From a virus (taxonomy: Duplodnaviria > Caudoviricetes), in the IMG/VR virus record IMGVR_UViG_2901146262_000001, positions 32,001-96,000 of that record: a DNA stretch of 64,000 nucleotides. One strand, 5' to 3'. Position numbers and translations under genes: made by a program. Numbering within the stretch: the stretch's first letter is position 1; each line of letters starts with the position of its first letter. Below are positions 33,783 through 45,813 of the stretch, piece by piece. The notes beneath the pieces are model-generated. The model made no database searches. It worked only from the letters and a program-made list of their open reading frames with translations, and was not told the origin of the DNA.

Positions 33783-34223
33783 ATGACAGATTTCAGAAAA
33801 GAGAAGGAAACGTTATTTGATTCGATAGGACTGACAAATATGGATCACAGGGTTTTACTAGATTTTTTAATCAAAACATCTGAGGATCTACTAGAGTTTG
33901 TTGAGTTTTTTTTGTCGGAAAATTTGGGGATGTGTATAAATAAGTACAGAATTTTTAAAAAGGGAAAGGTTTACATCGAATACATCATGTTTGCAAAGGA
34001 GTATGCAGCGAGTAAGAAGATTGCCTTGCAAAACATACTACAAGAACCTATCAGCGCAACAAAGGTGTCGCTTGTGAACGGGATCGACCCAAAAATAATA
34101 TACAATGAACATAAGCTTAATATCCATCACACCTTCATTAGCCTACACAGGAACATAATCAATGGAACTACTAGTGCTGAGTCAGAACTCTTTGATTGTG
34201 ATCCTAAATACCTACTAATATGA
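33783..34223 (+). CDS. Hypothetical protein, probably SOS-inducible
   Basis: RBS AAGGGGAG; downstream of the Cheo box. Confidence 0.65.
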   Translation: MTDFRKEKETLFDSIGLTNMDHRVLLDFLIKTSEDLLEFVEFFLSENLGMCINKYRIFKKGKVYIEYIMFAKEYAASKKIALQNILQEPISATKVSLVNGIDPKIIYNEHKLNIHHTFISLHRNIINGTTSAESELFDCDPKYLLI

Positions 34224-34379
34224 CTTTCTAATAAAGAACTCATAAATAACTTTATAATAAACTTACCTAAAACCGCCCCTTTTCTTTAATTGAGTATCTT
34301 TTTATTGAAATTATATTGACTTTAAGGTTATAAAGTAATATAATGTGTATATACTATAATACTAATCAAAGAAAAGAGG

Positions 34380-35378
34380 GTGGTCATCATGATGAAAATG
34401 TACAATGCAAAATATAAAGAAATCTATTTAGAACTCAAAACTTCGGATAATTATAGAATTAACTTTAGGTGGATGTTTTCGAAATCATTTGAGTTTGAAC
34501 AAAGATTCTCAAGAGATCTATTTGATTTTAGCGCAGATCAACTACGCGAATTCTTTTTGAGTAGAAACTTCAGTAAAAATACAACAGCAATTTTTTTAAG
34601 TATGATTGAGGACTACGTTAACTGGGGTATTAGTACAAATAGGACAATTAGTAAGGATAGCCAGTTTGACAAGATTGATAAAGAGTCTTTCATTGAAGAT
34701 ATTTCCAAACATCAAGCTAAATTTCTGAGCAATAAGCAAGTAGAGGAGATCTCTGGAGCTAAGATTTATGGATATAAGTATGCTCCACTAAGAAACAAAC
34801 AGGATCAGCTAATGGTTTATCTTGCATTTTTAGGTGTTACAGGTAAGGGAAACCATTATTTATTGAATTTAAAGATGTCAGATGTAAATGAAGAAGAGTT
34901 ATATATTAAAGTAGAAGACGGTAGCAGAAAGATTCATTTAAATCCCTTTGCGATCAACTTAATCAAAGAGGCTCATCAAGAGAGAATTTATTGGAAGTAT
35001 ATGGGAGAGAATTCTAATTTTAGAGGACACGAGTATTCTGAACTAGTCGAGTCAGATTATGTATTCAAGAAAGCCAACTCTGGAGGAAATCCCGAAACCC
35101 CAATGGGTAACGGTAGTCTCAGAAAGAGATTAGACGCAATTAGAGATCATATTGGCTTAGAAATGAGTTTTAACTCGCTTGAGAGGTCAGGTATGATTTT
35201 TCTGGCCAAAGTAATCTATGATAGAGACGGATATTTGAATGCAAAAAATTTAAAAGATTTGTTTGATAAATATAGAGTAAAAGATGACATGCAATCAAGA
35301 AGTAAGCAACTACAATTTGTAAGAAGAGAAATTCCAAAAGTTTATAAAGAATATGAAAATGAAAATCTTGGCAGATAA
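34380..35378 (+). CDS. MrpR/YopR-like lytic-cycle repressor (inactive tyrosine-recombinase fold)
   Basis: MYN...KEIYL...E...RDLFDF N-terminus; FLGVTG and NSLERSG replace the catalytic R and HxxR motifs. Confidence 0.75.
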   Translation: MVIMMKMYNAKYKEIYLELKTSDNYRINFRWMFSKSFEFEQRFSRDLFDFSADQLREFFLSRNFSKNTTAIFLSMIEDYVNWGISTNRTISKDSQFDKIDKESFIEDISKHQAKFLSNKQVEEISGAKIYGYKYAPLRNKQDQLMVYLAFLGVTGKGNHYLLNLKMSDVNEEELYIKVEDGSRKIHLNPFAINLIKEAHQERIYWKYMGENSNFRGHEYSELVESDYVFKKANSGGNPETPMGNGSLRKRLDAIRDHIGLEMSFNSLERSGMIFLAKVIYDRDGYLNAKNLKDLFDKYRVKDDMQSRSKQLQFVRREIPKVYKEYENENLGR

Positions 35379-35379
35379 G

Positions 35380-35426
35380 AAGATTGTTGACCGCCGACAT
35401 ATATTGGTTGTCAGCGATCTTTTTTA
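35380..35426 (+). terminator. Intrinsic terminator after the repressor gene
   Basis: AAGATTGTTGAC/GTCAGCGATCTT stem plus T-run. Confidence 0.7.
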
Positions 35427-35672
35427 ATTATAATTAAGTAACATTATAGTTGACTTTCAATATTAAGTGTTGTATAATAAATTTAAGATAAAAAAAGAAG
35501 CCAACTCTAGGAGAGATTGGCTTTAACCAAAACAGTAGAGATGACCTGTTAGGGTTATGTCGATATTATCAGAGATAGAACAAATTATCAAGCATGAATA
35601 CGGTTCTATGTAACAGCCGACCTAAAATATCGCTGGCGTTTATGGTAAAATACCGGAAGGATGGATTAAAAA

Positions 35673-35876
35673 ATGATTTCATATGAACCACTATTTATAA
35701 CATTAATAAAAAAGAAAATGAAACTAAATGATCTTAGGGAAAAGGGTATAATCTCATCGGCCACACAATCTAAGTTTCGCAAAGGTGAGAGTGTAACTCT
35801 TACAACAGTTCAGAAGGTCTGCATTTTTCTCGATGTCCCAATTCAGGATGTAGTGGAAATAATAAGCGAAGAATAA
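35673..35876 (+). CDS. Cro/C1-type HTH regulator
   Basis: MISYEPL...ISSATQSKFRKGESVTLTTVQKVC. Confidence 0.85.
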   Translation: MISYEPLFITLIKKKMKLNDLREKGIISSATQSKFRKGESVTLTTVQKVCIFLDVPIQDVVEIISEE

Positions 35877-36112
35877 AATTAAGATACAAGAAGGGTGGGG
35901 TGAAGATGAGATTGTTTAAACGGAAGTCTAAAGAAAAGCAATTATCAGAATCAGAACTGTATGCGAAAATGGGGTCGCTAGGAGTATCGCCAAGATACAT
36001 GGAGCTGTATCTAGAGTCAGCAAATAAAATCAAGGATCAAGAAAATATCTACAATAAATCTAATTAAAACAATTATTTTATAAAAAGGTAGGATCAAGGG
36101 AGGAGGAATGAA

Positions 36113-36790
36113 TTGATAACAACGGAAATTAAAATGAGAAGGTGCAGAGGATGTGGTGTTATAAAGCCCTTAGAGTCAAACTACTATGGGCAATGGGTTT
36201 ATCCTAAGACCAAAAAGAAGTATTTTAATTACCAGGGAAAATGTAAGAAGTGTATTTCAAAACAAAACGTGAAATGGCAAAGAAAAAACATTGAAAAAAC
36301 AAGAGATTTCAAAAGAGAGTGGGGAAGAAGGAATACCGACATTACTAGATATCACGCTAGAAAACCACAAAGAAAAGAGTATATGAAGGTCTGGAGAAAA
36401 GAAAACCCTGATAAAATTAAGCAATATAATTTTTATAGGCAGATGAATAAGCATCATGATATAACAGAGCGGGAGTGGAAAAGTTGCAAAGAACATTTTG
36501 ATAACTCATGTGCTTATTGCGGTATAAGTGATGGGATGGCAAAAGAAAGATATGGAAACTACTTGCACAAAGATCATGCAGATCACGATGGTTCTAATAA
36601 CTTAAACAATTGCATTCCAGCTTGTAAATCGTGCAACAGTAGCAAACATAACTTTGTGTTAGAAGACTGGTACTTAGAGAGCGAATCATTTTCTGAAGGA
36701 AGGCTAAATAAGATTAACAACTGGCTCAGCAGTGAATATAAAAAGCACATGGAGGGGAAGAGTGTGACAATTAAAGTATCTTTAGATTAA
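36113..36790 (+). CDS. HNH endonuclease
   Basis: CAYCG...KDH...NCIPACKSCNSSK; N-terminal CxxC. Confidence 0.85.
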   Translation: MITTEIKMRRCRGCGVIKPLESNYYGQWVYPKTKKKYFNYQGKCKKCISKQNVKWQRKNIEKTRDFKREWGRRNTDITRYHARKPQRKEYMKVWRKENPDKIKQYNFYRQMNKHHDITEREWKSCKEHFDNSCAYCGISDGMAKERYGNYLHKDHADHDGSNNLNNCIPACKSCNSSKHNFVLEDWYLESESFSEGRLNKINNWLSSEYKKHMEGKSVTIKVSLD

Positions 36791-36817
36791 ATTGAATCTT
36801 TTAAAGGAGAATCTATA

Positions 36818-39800
36818 ATGTATAATATATTAACAGTAAAACAATTGAAAGATATGTTGAGATCTTATCCAGACGATTATAAAATTTTCGTTAATCCAAG
36901 AACAGAATTTATTGACGAGGTTTCTCCTAGTGATTTGAAAGTAGAAGATGTAAAACTTTATAAAGATGAAGAGTTTGGAAATGTATATGGAATAGACAAT
37001 AAAGACGGAGAAGGCAAGCCTTTTAAAGCATTGATTATTGAATTATGAAATAGGCAAATTAAAATGGAACTTTTAATATGAAGCTAACAGGAATGGGAGG
37101 TTGTGATTATGCATCAATATCAAGCTAACACAAAGAACAAAAAAATGTTTGAATTGATAGATAAGCTGGATGAACACAAAGAGGAAATGGAATATTATGC
37201 AATCGGAAGAAGACCAAGCAACCGATTAGACAAGATTGAATCCAATGCAATAGAAATAGAGAAAATAGCAAGTGAAATCCAAAATCAAGTAAAATCTATG
37301 CGTAGAAAGTAAAACGAAATAAATTAGAGATTCTAAGTAAAAGGAGGCAATTGAATGAAGAATAGACTGTTATTTACAACAATATTGATTTTAATATTTT
37401 TAATTGGATGTGGTCAAATTGGTAGTACAAAAGTAAGTGCGGGTTTACCCAGTGGATTTGAATTAGTAAGTGAAGATGAAATTAATCAGGGAGATGTGTA
37501 CAAGGCTCGCGAAACAGCCACGGGATGTTATTACATCTTTGGTACTTCAGGTAGTGATTATCGTACCACTGTTTCAATTGAGCAGATGACCATCGAAAAA
37601 GACGGGGCTAGAATACCTTATTGTGAATAGAGTTCCGACATAATAAAACATGCATTTCAAAGGAAGGGGAGAATATTAAAATGAGCAGAAGTAAAGAGAC
37701 CATACTCGCTGAAATCGAGTATTTGCAAGGGGATGTTGATGAAAAAGAATTGGAGATTAAGTATTTAAAAGATAAAATAGATAAATTGGTGAATAAGTTG
37801 TCTTTAGGCTTGCATAATTAGTGAGTTAAAATAATCAATTTATAAGAATTGAGAGGGGAATTGCAATGGATCAAGATAGAGCTAATCAAATTAACGATTG
37901 TTTCGTAGATATTGTTGGAAGAAGACCAAGAATGGATGAGAGAGACTTTATCAATGAGCATCTACCAAGAGAAACTAAATTAGAAGCTGAGGAATGGGGA
38001 TGGAGTGACACTGAAGTAGGGATCAAGGTTTTCAAATGGATCAAAGATAACAAGGAATTGGTTTTATCTAAATAAAAGAATCGTTTGATCGGAGGAGATT
38101 ATTATGGAAAATAAAAATGACAAGCAGAGAAGCGAATATTTTATCAAGTATATTATCAATGGTGAGAAATTTGATTTCAATGATTTTAAAACACAAGAAG
38201 ATTTTGATAATTATAAGAAGGAGATAGAGGAGTTCAATAAAGAATCGGATACAGACAAATAAAAGAGCGATTTGATTATAAAAAAAGGGGTGGTTATGTG
38301 ATTATGGGAGGAAGTAGAAACTGCGGGAAAACAACTGAACTAATAAAGATTTCCCACGAAGACCAAAAGTATATTGTATGTTCTGACAGAAGAAGAGTCG
38401 AACATGTCTCTCGTTTGGCTCGGCAGATGAATCTGGATATACCTTTCCCAATTGCTGTTGATGAACTACCATTAAAAGGTGAATATATTAAAGACGTGTT
38501 AGTTGATGATATTGAAGATGTGTTTCTGTCTTTAGTTGGTGTACCGATCTATCAAGCAACTTCAAGTATGGGATTGTGGAGGTTGGACAATTGAGAGTAA
38601 AAATAGGTGGCATCTATACAGTTAGCACAGACAAGACAAAGTTTCATCCAATGTTTTATGACATTCTAGGAGAAAAAGTTGTTGTTACGGGTGAGTGGTA
38701 CTTAGGAAAATATCCGGTTGAATTTATAGATAATCCTAATTTGAATACAGTTGCACAAAGAGTACGTGGAGATTTATTAATGGAGGTAAAATAGAATAGT
38801 AGATGAATTAGTCAAATAAGTATAATATTAGATGAATCAATCGAATAAAATTCTTGTTTTATACAGGAGGTGATAATATGATTTATCTAATTGTTGATAA
38901 GAGAGACGAGCAAATTATTAAAATTAGTGATTATGAAAAATATAATAACAAACTCGAATCTCTAGGGTCGTATCCAGACTGCAACTATTTTCATATGATG
39001 GGCTTGAATGAAGCCGATTGTTCCGAAATGAGATATTTATTGATGGACAGTGGAGAAGCAACGTATAAAGATTTTAAGTTTGTTGAAATTAATTAAATAC
39101 TGGCAACGACCAATATAGGAGATGATTGATATGATTTTAAATGAGTCAGAAAAAGAATTACTAAGAAAATTAATTGAAGACGAGAAACACAAATTAAGTA
39201 AAAGAGTGGATGCTTTTTGGCAAATGTCTCAAAGAGATGGCGATGACTCAATTTCTGAGCACTCCTACGAAAAGAAAAAGAGGGAATCAAATAATACAAT
39301 CAGTACTTGTAACGATATTTTATCTAAATTGGACTTATAATACTATTCAATAGAAGAGAGGTGATAGAATTAATCAATTTCATATAACAGAAACGTCAAA
39401 ATATCGCTGGAGATTTAAAAATAAATTAAAGCATATTTTTTATTGACAATTAAGTGACTTTATAGTATAGTAATAAATAATAACAAAAGGGGATGGTTAA
39501 ATGCTGATAGAAGGACAGCAAGTACTGGTAAAATTATTTGGAACAAATAAAGAAAAGTATAAGAGTTTAGGATATAGTTTCAATGATGAGGATGATAATT
39601 TACTTATAGCAGCTGAACATTTACCAATATCGAGTCAACAAGTATTAAATTTTAAATGTGATGAATGCAATGAAATACATACTAAACAGTATCTTGCACA
39701 TTTTGTTAATGGGTCTGGTGGAAGGCCAAAAAAGGATATATGCGGCAAGTGTAGGGCAACAGCAGCAAAACACAGATATCAGAAAATAGAAAGAAAGATT

Positions 39801-41076
39801 AAAGTGTATGGGTTCACGTTAAAGGAGTGTTATCAAAAGATGGTTATTAGAGAGAAACAGGGATATGAAGTACTCCACCCAATTCAAAAATCACAAGGGA
39901 TTATAGATAAGTATGAAGGGTTAGAAAGAACATATTACTTTGTCAATATGGAGTTGACAAATTTTTTTAAAGCTAATTAGGTAACAATATAGTATGTACA
40001 ATAAGTTAAAATACGGATTTTAATGAAAGGGAGATAAGAATGAGCAATAAAGAGGAAATGGTATCAGGAGGCAAAATAGAGCTACTCACAGACGTTTGCA
40101 GTCTTTTGAATGGTAAGCTTCAAATTATTAATAAAGTCATGCATGACGTAGTCGAAAATGAGTCAAATTTAAAAAGTGGTCAGAAAAATACAGATTTAAT
40201 CGATTTGGCAAATGGAACTAACATTATTATCGAAAGTAGAAATGAAATTGACAAAAAGCTGAATGAATTAAAAGTTAATCATGGAATTAAATTGAGTTAA
40301 TTGATATAACAGTCGGCTTTAAATATCGCTGACACATATAAGGAGGGAATTTTGATGGAAGATATATTTGATGATATTGAAAAGAGCTTTACATTATTTA
40401 GAGATGTAATCAAGCAGTTTCCAGACAGGCATGGACATAACATTCAAGAAGTCAGCAGACTTGACCGTGAGCAGCAAGACTTGCTTCATTTGATAGAGTT
40501 TATTCCCATGAATGCTTATCAGGGCTGGAATACAACTCAAAGAATCAAGCACGTCAGACGGGACAGAAGAAAAGTAAAGGAAGAAACTGAATTACTGGAG
40601 CCAATTATTCCATTGCTAAAGAAGTATCGGCAACAATTAACTGAGATGGATAAAGTTATTGGCGAGATTAGAAAAGTAAAGAAACGCCAAGAGAATAGGC
40701 AGTATACATGTAAGGGCGATAAGTCACTACAAGAAAACTTCGACAAGGGTAAATTAGTCACAATCTAAGATAAGGGGAGATCATCATGAACAAATATAAA
40801 GAAATAGAATCTAAGTTGGTATTTACACATCATGGAGATGAAAGAAAGTTACATCCAAAAAGGAAAGATATAACTAAGAATCAAATAATAAATACAATCA
40901 TGAAGGGCACTCTTGGATTTGCCGGATCGAAACGATTTAAGAAGAATTATAAAGGAATAGAAGTAATTTACAAGAAGGATGGCCAAGGAAATATAATAGT
41001 TATAACGTTCTACAAGGTGAAAGCATCGTATTTAGATAATTTATATAGTTTAATGGATAATAGCTTGACAATTTAA
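36818..41076 (+). other. Array of small hypothetical genes, including a lipoprotein (37355-37630), a P-loop-like protein (38298-38594) and a zinc-ribbon protein (39501-39980)
   Basis: Lipobox LIGC; GGSRNCGKT; CDEC...CGKC; strong RBSs. Confidence 0.7.
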
Positions 41077-41133
41077 TTGGGTAACATTATAATACATATA
41101 GGATGAAGATAATAAAAAGGATGGGGTTAAAAA

Positions 41134-42426
41134 ATGGATGTTAATCAAATGGTAGACAATTTACAGAGTCAGGTTAATGCTCTTAACGAAAGTTTGGCTA
41201 AGGAGAAGAAGGTGTCTACAGAGTTCGAAAAGAAGTTGCTTTATAAATACTTAGGAAAAGATATGGTTAATTATTTCAAGAAATATAAAGCTATCGTTGC
41301 AGGCGGGGCAGTAACAAGTATCTTCACTAACAGTGAGATCAATGACATTGACGTATACTTAAGATCTAAAGAGGATGTAGCAGCATTAATGGAAATCATG
41401 TATGACGACTTCTATATTGCAAGTCATACAAAGAAGGCAACTACATTCATTAAGACGGTGGATGAGCAAGAATTAAAGATTCAATTGATTCATTATAATG
41501 TATTTGGTAGTGTGGATGATGTATTTGAAGCATTTGACTTCACAATCTGTATGGGAGCATTTGATTTTAAAAATGAACAATTTAGTTTCCATCATAATTT
41601 CTTTAAACATAATTCGCAACGAGCATTAAGATTTAATAAAAATACTCATTTTCCTCTTATATCGGTTATTAGAACGAAAAAGTACGAGGAGAGAAATTAT
41701 ACAATCTCAAAGCCAGAGTTATTTAGAGTCATTATGAAATGTATGGATTTAGAGATTAATTCATATGAAGAGCTAAAAGATCAGTTGGGAGGTATGTACG
41801 GAATTTCTTATGATCTACTATTTCAGGATATTGAGGATAAAGAGTTTAGTTTAGACAAAGCAATTGATCATATCGAAAATTTACATATGAGTGATGAGTA
41901 CTTTGAAGCGAATGATCCAGTTGTATTCAATAATGTAGATGAGTTGATTTCAAGTGCAACTGGGTTGCCAATTAAATATTTTAAGCAAAATGACAATAAA
42001 TATGTATTAAGATTCAATGGGAATATCGAGACATTAAGTACGATTAAGGATAATATGATCGAGGTTGATATTAGTGAAGTATTTCCAGCTGGAACAAAAC
42101 TTTATAAATATGTCAAAGAAACAGAAGTTGGATTGATCAGCTTTTATGATAAAGACTTCAAGTACGAATTAGATAGTGATATAGTAGCCAAAGAAAAAGT
42201 TGGACTGTTTTTTAACACATATGATAATCGCACAGACTCTACCTATGCTGATGACGGTGGTGTGCTAATTGAAGTAAGCGTTAATGCTGAAGACTTTGCT
42301 GGTGTTACTTCAAACCACTTGAGATTTAAAAAATGCAAAGACGTTAAAGTTATTGAGAGACCGAGCAATAATGATAAAAAGGATGAGGGAAAACTAATTA
42401 AATCCCTAGGAAACTTAGGAGATTGA
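41134..42426 (+). CDS. Pol-beta-superfamily nucleotidyltransferase with C-terminal extension
   Basis: AGGAV...NDIDVY catalytic motif and FDFTIC (polyA polymerase/CCA head-like). Confidence 0.75.
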   Translation: MDVNQMVDNLQSQVNALNESLAKEKKVSTEFEKKLLYKYLGKDMVNYFKKYKAIVAGGAVTSIFTNSEINDIDVYLRSKEDVAALMEIMYDDFYIASHTKKATTFIKTVDEQELKIQLIHYNVFGSVDDVFEAFDFTICMGAFDFKNEQFSFHHNFFKHNSQRALRFNKNTHFPLISVIRTKKYEERNYTISKPELFRVIMKCMDLEINSYEELKDQLGGMYGISYDLLFQDIEDKEFSLDKAIDHIENLHMSDEYFEANDPVVFNNVDELISSATGLPIKYFKQNDNKYVLRFNGNIETLSTIKDNMIEVDISEVFPAGTKLYKYVKETEVGLISFYDKDFKYELDSDIVAKEKVGLFFNTYDNRTDSTYADDGGVLIEVSVNAEDFAGVTSNHLRFKKCKDVKVIERPSNNDKKDEGKLIKSLGNLGD

Positions 42427-42497
42427 CTTTTTTTAAGTAAAATTAAGTAGTTTTATAGTATAAATTCACCATTTTAAAGAAAGGGAGGATATAGATT

Positions 42498-43076
42498 ATG
42501 GCCACATATTTCACATCGGATCAGCATTTTTACCACAGGAACGTTTTAAAGTTTGAGGATCGGCCATTCGACTCTGTAGACGAAATGAATCAAGGAATGA
42601 TTGACGCATGGAATGATACTGTAAGACCAAGCGATACAATTCACCATCTAGGAGACTTCTGCTTCGGAGGATATGATAAATGGGTATCGATTTTAGATCA
42701 GCTTGACGGAAAGATAATATTATATAAAGGTAATCACGATGACTCTAAGACATTGAAAAAACTAGTTCAGAATGGGTACTTTGAATATATCCATCATGTG
42801 GGCGATTATTTTAAGATTAATGGTTATCAGCTTTGGTTGACCCATTACCCTATGGAGATTGGAATGAGACCAAGAAAGTTTAGTCTGCACGGACATATCC
42901 ACAGCACACCAAGCAACATGTTGAATCAAGTAAATCTAGGAGTGGATAGTCCATTGAATTTTAACAGAAGGTTTGGCCAGCCAATTTCTGAGCATGAACT
43001 AGTAGAGTACCTGGATTACATCAACCCACTAGTAGAAAGCGAATTTCAAAAAGAAAGAAGTGAATGGAATGTTTAA
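42498..43076 (+). CDS. Calcineurin-like metallophosphoesterase
   Basis: SDQHF, LGDF, GNHD, THYP, HGHIH. Confidence 0.9.
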   Translation: MATYFTSDQHFYHRNVLKFEDRPFDSVDEMNQGMIDAWNDTVRPSDTIHHLGDFCFGGYDKWVSILDQLDGKIILYKGNHDDSKTLKKLVQNGYFEYIHHVGDYFKINGYQLWLTHYPMEIGMRPRKFSLHGHIHSTPSNMLNQVNLGVDSPLNFNRRFGQPISEHELVEYLDYINPLVESEFQKERSEWNV

Positions 43077-44064
43077 TGAAGAACAGTTACATGACGTAAT
43101 TGCAGGGTTCATAATAAAAGATTTCAGAGAGCAAGGAATTGCATTCGGAATTGATGATGAAGGATTTAATTTTGAGACCAGAGAAGATGCAGAGAAGTCT
43201 ATTAAAAGAGCACAGGAAATGGGATATAATAAATGGTTGTTTAACGGAGAAGAGACTATAGATATTGTTGATAATAATTAAATTAAAATTTGTCTTTTAA
43301 TGGAGGGAAGAGAAATGGATAAACGATTTGAAGATGGATGGAACGAAGGATTTAATGAAGGATTTTTTGAAGCAAGGCAGTTTTATAATAGTGATGAGCA
43401 AGTAAAAGAAAGTGATGGAAAACTGGAAGAGAAAGCAGCGAAAGCAGAATATCTTGCTAAGTTAGAACAAAAAAGAGCTAGTAACATATCTAAAAAGACT
43501 CAGCAATATAAGCAGACTTTAGAAGAGATAAAAACCTATATGGAAACCGATGCTGAAATGTTCTTGACGGATGAAGATAGATTTAAAGGTATACATAATG
43601 CATTGACAAAATACTATGAATTACTCAAGGAGGGTGACGCTGAATGATACGAACAAAGAAGCAAGATCAAGATGTGTCGATGATCAATCAAATTATTAAA
43701 TTGGAAAAACAAAACCAACGCTACAAACAGGCTTTGGAGGAATTGGAAAAAATAAGATACAGCGTAACGTGTACCCCAGAAGAGATTGGTCGAATTGTTG
43801 ATAAAGCACTCAAGGAAGGTGAAGCTGAATGACTGATGAAAAACAATTTATAGACGATACGGGATCTAAATTTAAATACGCATTAGCTTATTTATACTAC
43901 GGATGGGACGAGGCTGAATATAGCAATGATCTAGATGAATTAGATGAAATTGCCAAGGAAATGATTGCAGACAATAGTGGAAAGCCTCTAATAATCGTAA
44001 ATGCAAATGATGAAATTGTAAGAGAATATACAGAAAGAAAAAGATAGTTGAAGGAGGAATAGGG

Positions 44065-44493
44065 ATGAGGGAAATTAGTTTTAGAGCGTGGGATAACGAA
44101 AACAACCACATGATTGATATAGCTAGATTCGATTTTGCAGATTATACGGTCTACTCTCACCTATTTGCTTGCGAAGGTTATCTGGGCGAGAATTTAAAAA
44201 TCATGCAATACACAGGTTTAAAAGACAAGCATGGAAAAGAAATTTATGAGGGTGACATTATAGAATTTTCCCGTGGTGACGATTGGAGAGAAAACGAACA
44301 AAAACAAGGGATTTCTGAAGTGGTTTATTCAGAACAGATAACGGCTTTTGCTTACCATTATAAGGCGAAATCTTCATGGGGCACTGCTTATGATGATGTT
44401 GTCTGCGCTATAGGAAATATAACTGACCAATGCGGTGATTTAGAAATCATCGGAAACACATACGAAAATCCGGAGCTATTGGAGGAATTATAA
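44065..44493 (+). CDS. YopX-family protein
   Basis: MREISFRAWD...MQYTGLKDKHGKEIYEGDI...IIGNTYENPELL. Confidence 0.92.
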   Translation: MREISFRAWDNENNHMIDIARFDFADYTVYSHLFACEGYLGENLKIMQYTGLKDKHGKEIYEGDIIEFSRGDDWRENEQKQGISEVVYSEQITAFAYHYKAKSSWGTAYDDVVCAIGNITDQCGDLEIIGNTYENPELLEEL

Positions 44494-45813
44494 ATGAGTG
44501 AACAGATAGATTTAACTGGTGCTTCGGTAAATATTTTCCTAGAAATAGACGGAAAGATATATGCAGTCGCTTATGAAAAGGACAAATACGATGCCATATG
44601 CCACATTATTAAAAATGGTGCTGAACACATTATAAAAACTGATAAAACACAATTAGAATTGGTTGATTTTATAGGAATTGGAGGGTGATAGTAATGACTG
44701 AAAAAGTAAAAGTTACACAGAAACAATCCGATTGGTTAGACAAATATAAAAGCGACAAGGAAATAGATTATGCGATAGATATTCAACCACACAAAAAACG
44801 ACCAGACAGTCCTATTATTGATTGGTCAGCATCAAAGGTAGCGAGAGCATTGTATGATGGTTATAAAGTAGAACCGAGGTTTGAAGTTGGGGATTGGGTT
44901 GTGCACGACTCATATAGCAAACCTGAGAAAGTAGTTAGGGTTTACCCTGATGTAGTAGAAACAGAAACATTAAATGATAGACAAAAACGTTTTCGCCATG
45001 CCACTGAATCAGAAATCACAGAAGAAAAAGAGCGTAGATTCTTCGCTGAACATGGGAGAAGACCGTGGGAACTGAAGGAATTTGACGAATTGAGAAATAA
45101 AACGAATGACCATAGATACACGGTTACAGAAGAATTTGATCAATTAGAAGTTACTTTGGAAGACACTTATTTAGACAGAACGACTTTATTTAAAAGTAAA
45201 ATTAAAAGTGACTTTTACGTTGTATGCTTCGTGGAATCAAGGTTGGACGTATAGCATGAATAAATCGGAGATTGAACGAATTCATCTAATTAAAGAATTA
45301 GCCAAGCACGGACTAAAGGCAGAGACATGGGAGTTAAATTATGAGTTGAAAAGAAAGCTGTCTGCAGCCAGAACAATGGATTTAAAACCAATGGGAGGCA
45401 ATTAGAATGAGTGAAATTGTAGAATCAAAAACGTATGAAATTGACGAGTTGGAAAAAGTGGAAGTTGAAACGCGTATTGACAACCCTAATGGCATTGAAA
45501 CAACGACGATTATTATCTATTTAGAAGATGGATCATTCAGATGTTTCTCACACGAAAGAGAAATGTAATTCGCAGTGTGATTATTAAAACTTAAGCCAAT
45601 GGGGTGGTAATCGGATACTGGCATGGCACAATGACCAATGGTATCAAATAATCGATGTCAATATGGTTTCAAAATCATTTCTGTTATGCAACTATGATTG
45701 GTGGGCTTCTGATATATGGGTGAGATGGGATGATATTGAGGATTTTAAGAAGAATGATATAGATTAAAACATGGAATTTATTGCATCGAACAAGATTACA
45801 GGAGGTAGTATAA

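Larger units (their letters stand above)
28443..40331 (+). repeat. Eight copies of bipartite RTRTAACAG-N8-AAATATCGCTG
   Basis: Starts at 28443, 28839, 29636, 31133, 32495, 35608, 39382, 40304; invariant spacing; same strand. Confidence 0.92.

Noticed and set aside
34380-35378. Active integrase
   Set aside because: Catalytic R, HxxR and Tyr motifs are degenerate; it fits an MrpR-like repressor better
29800-35900. Arbitrium aimR-aimP locus
   Set aside because: No TPR-type receptor of about 380 aa followed by a short secreted peptide gene is recognisable in this window
28443-40331. CRISPR array
   Set aside because: Repeats are hundreds to thousands of bp apart, the variable part is only 8 bp, and no cas genes are present
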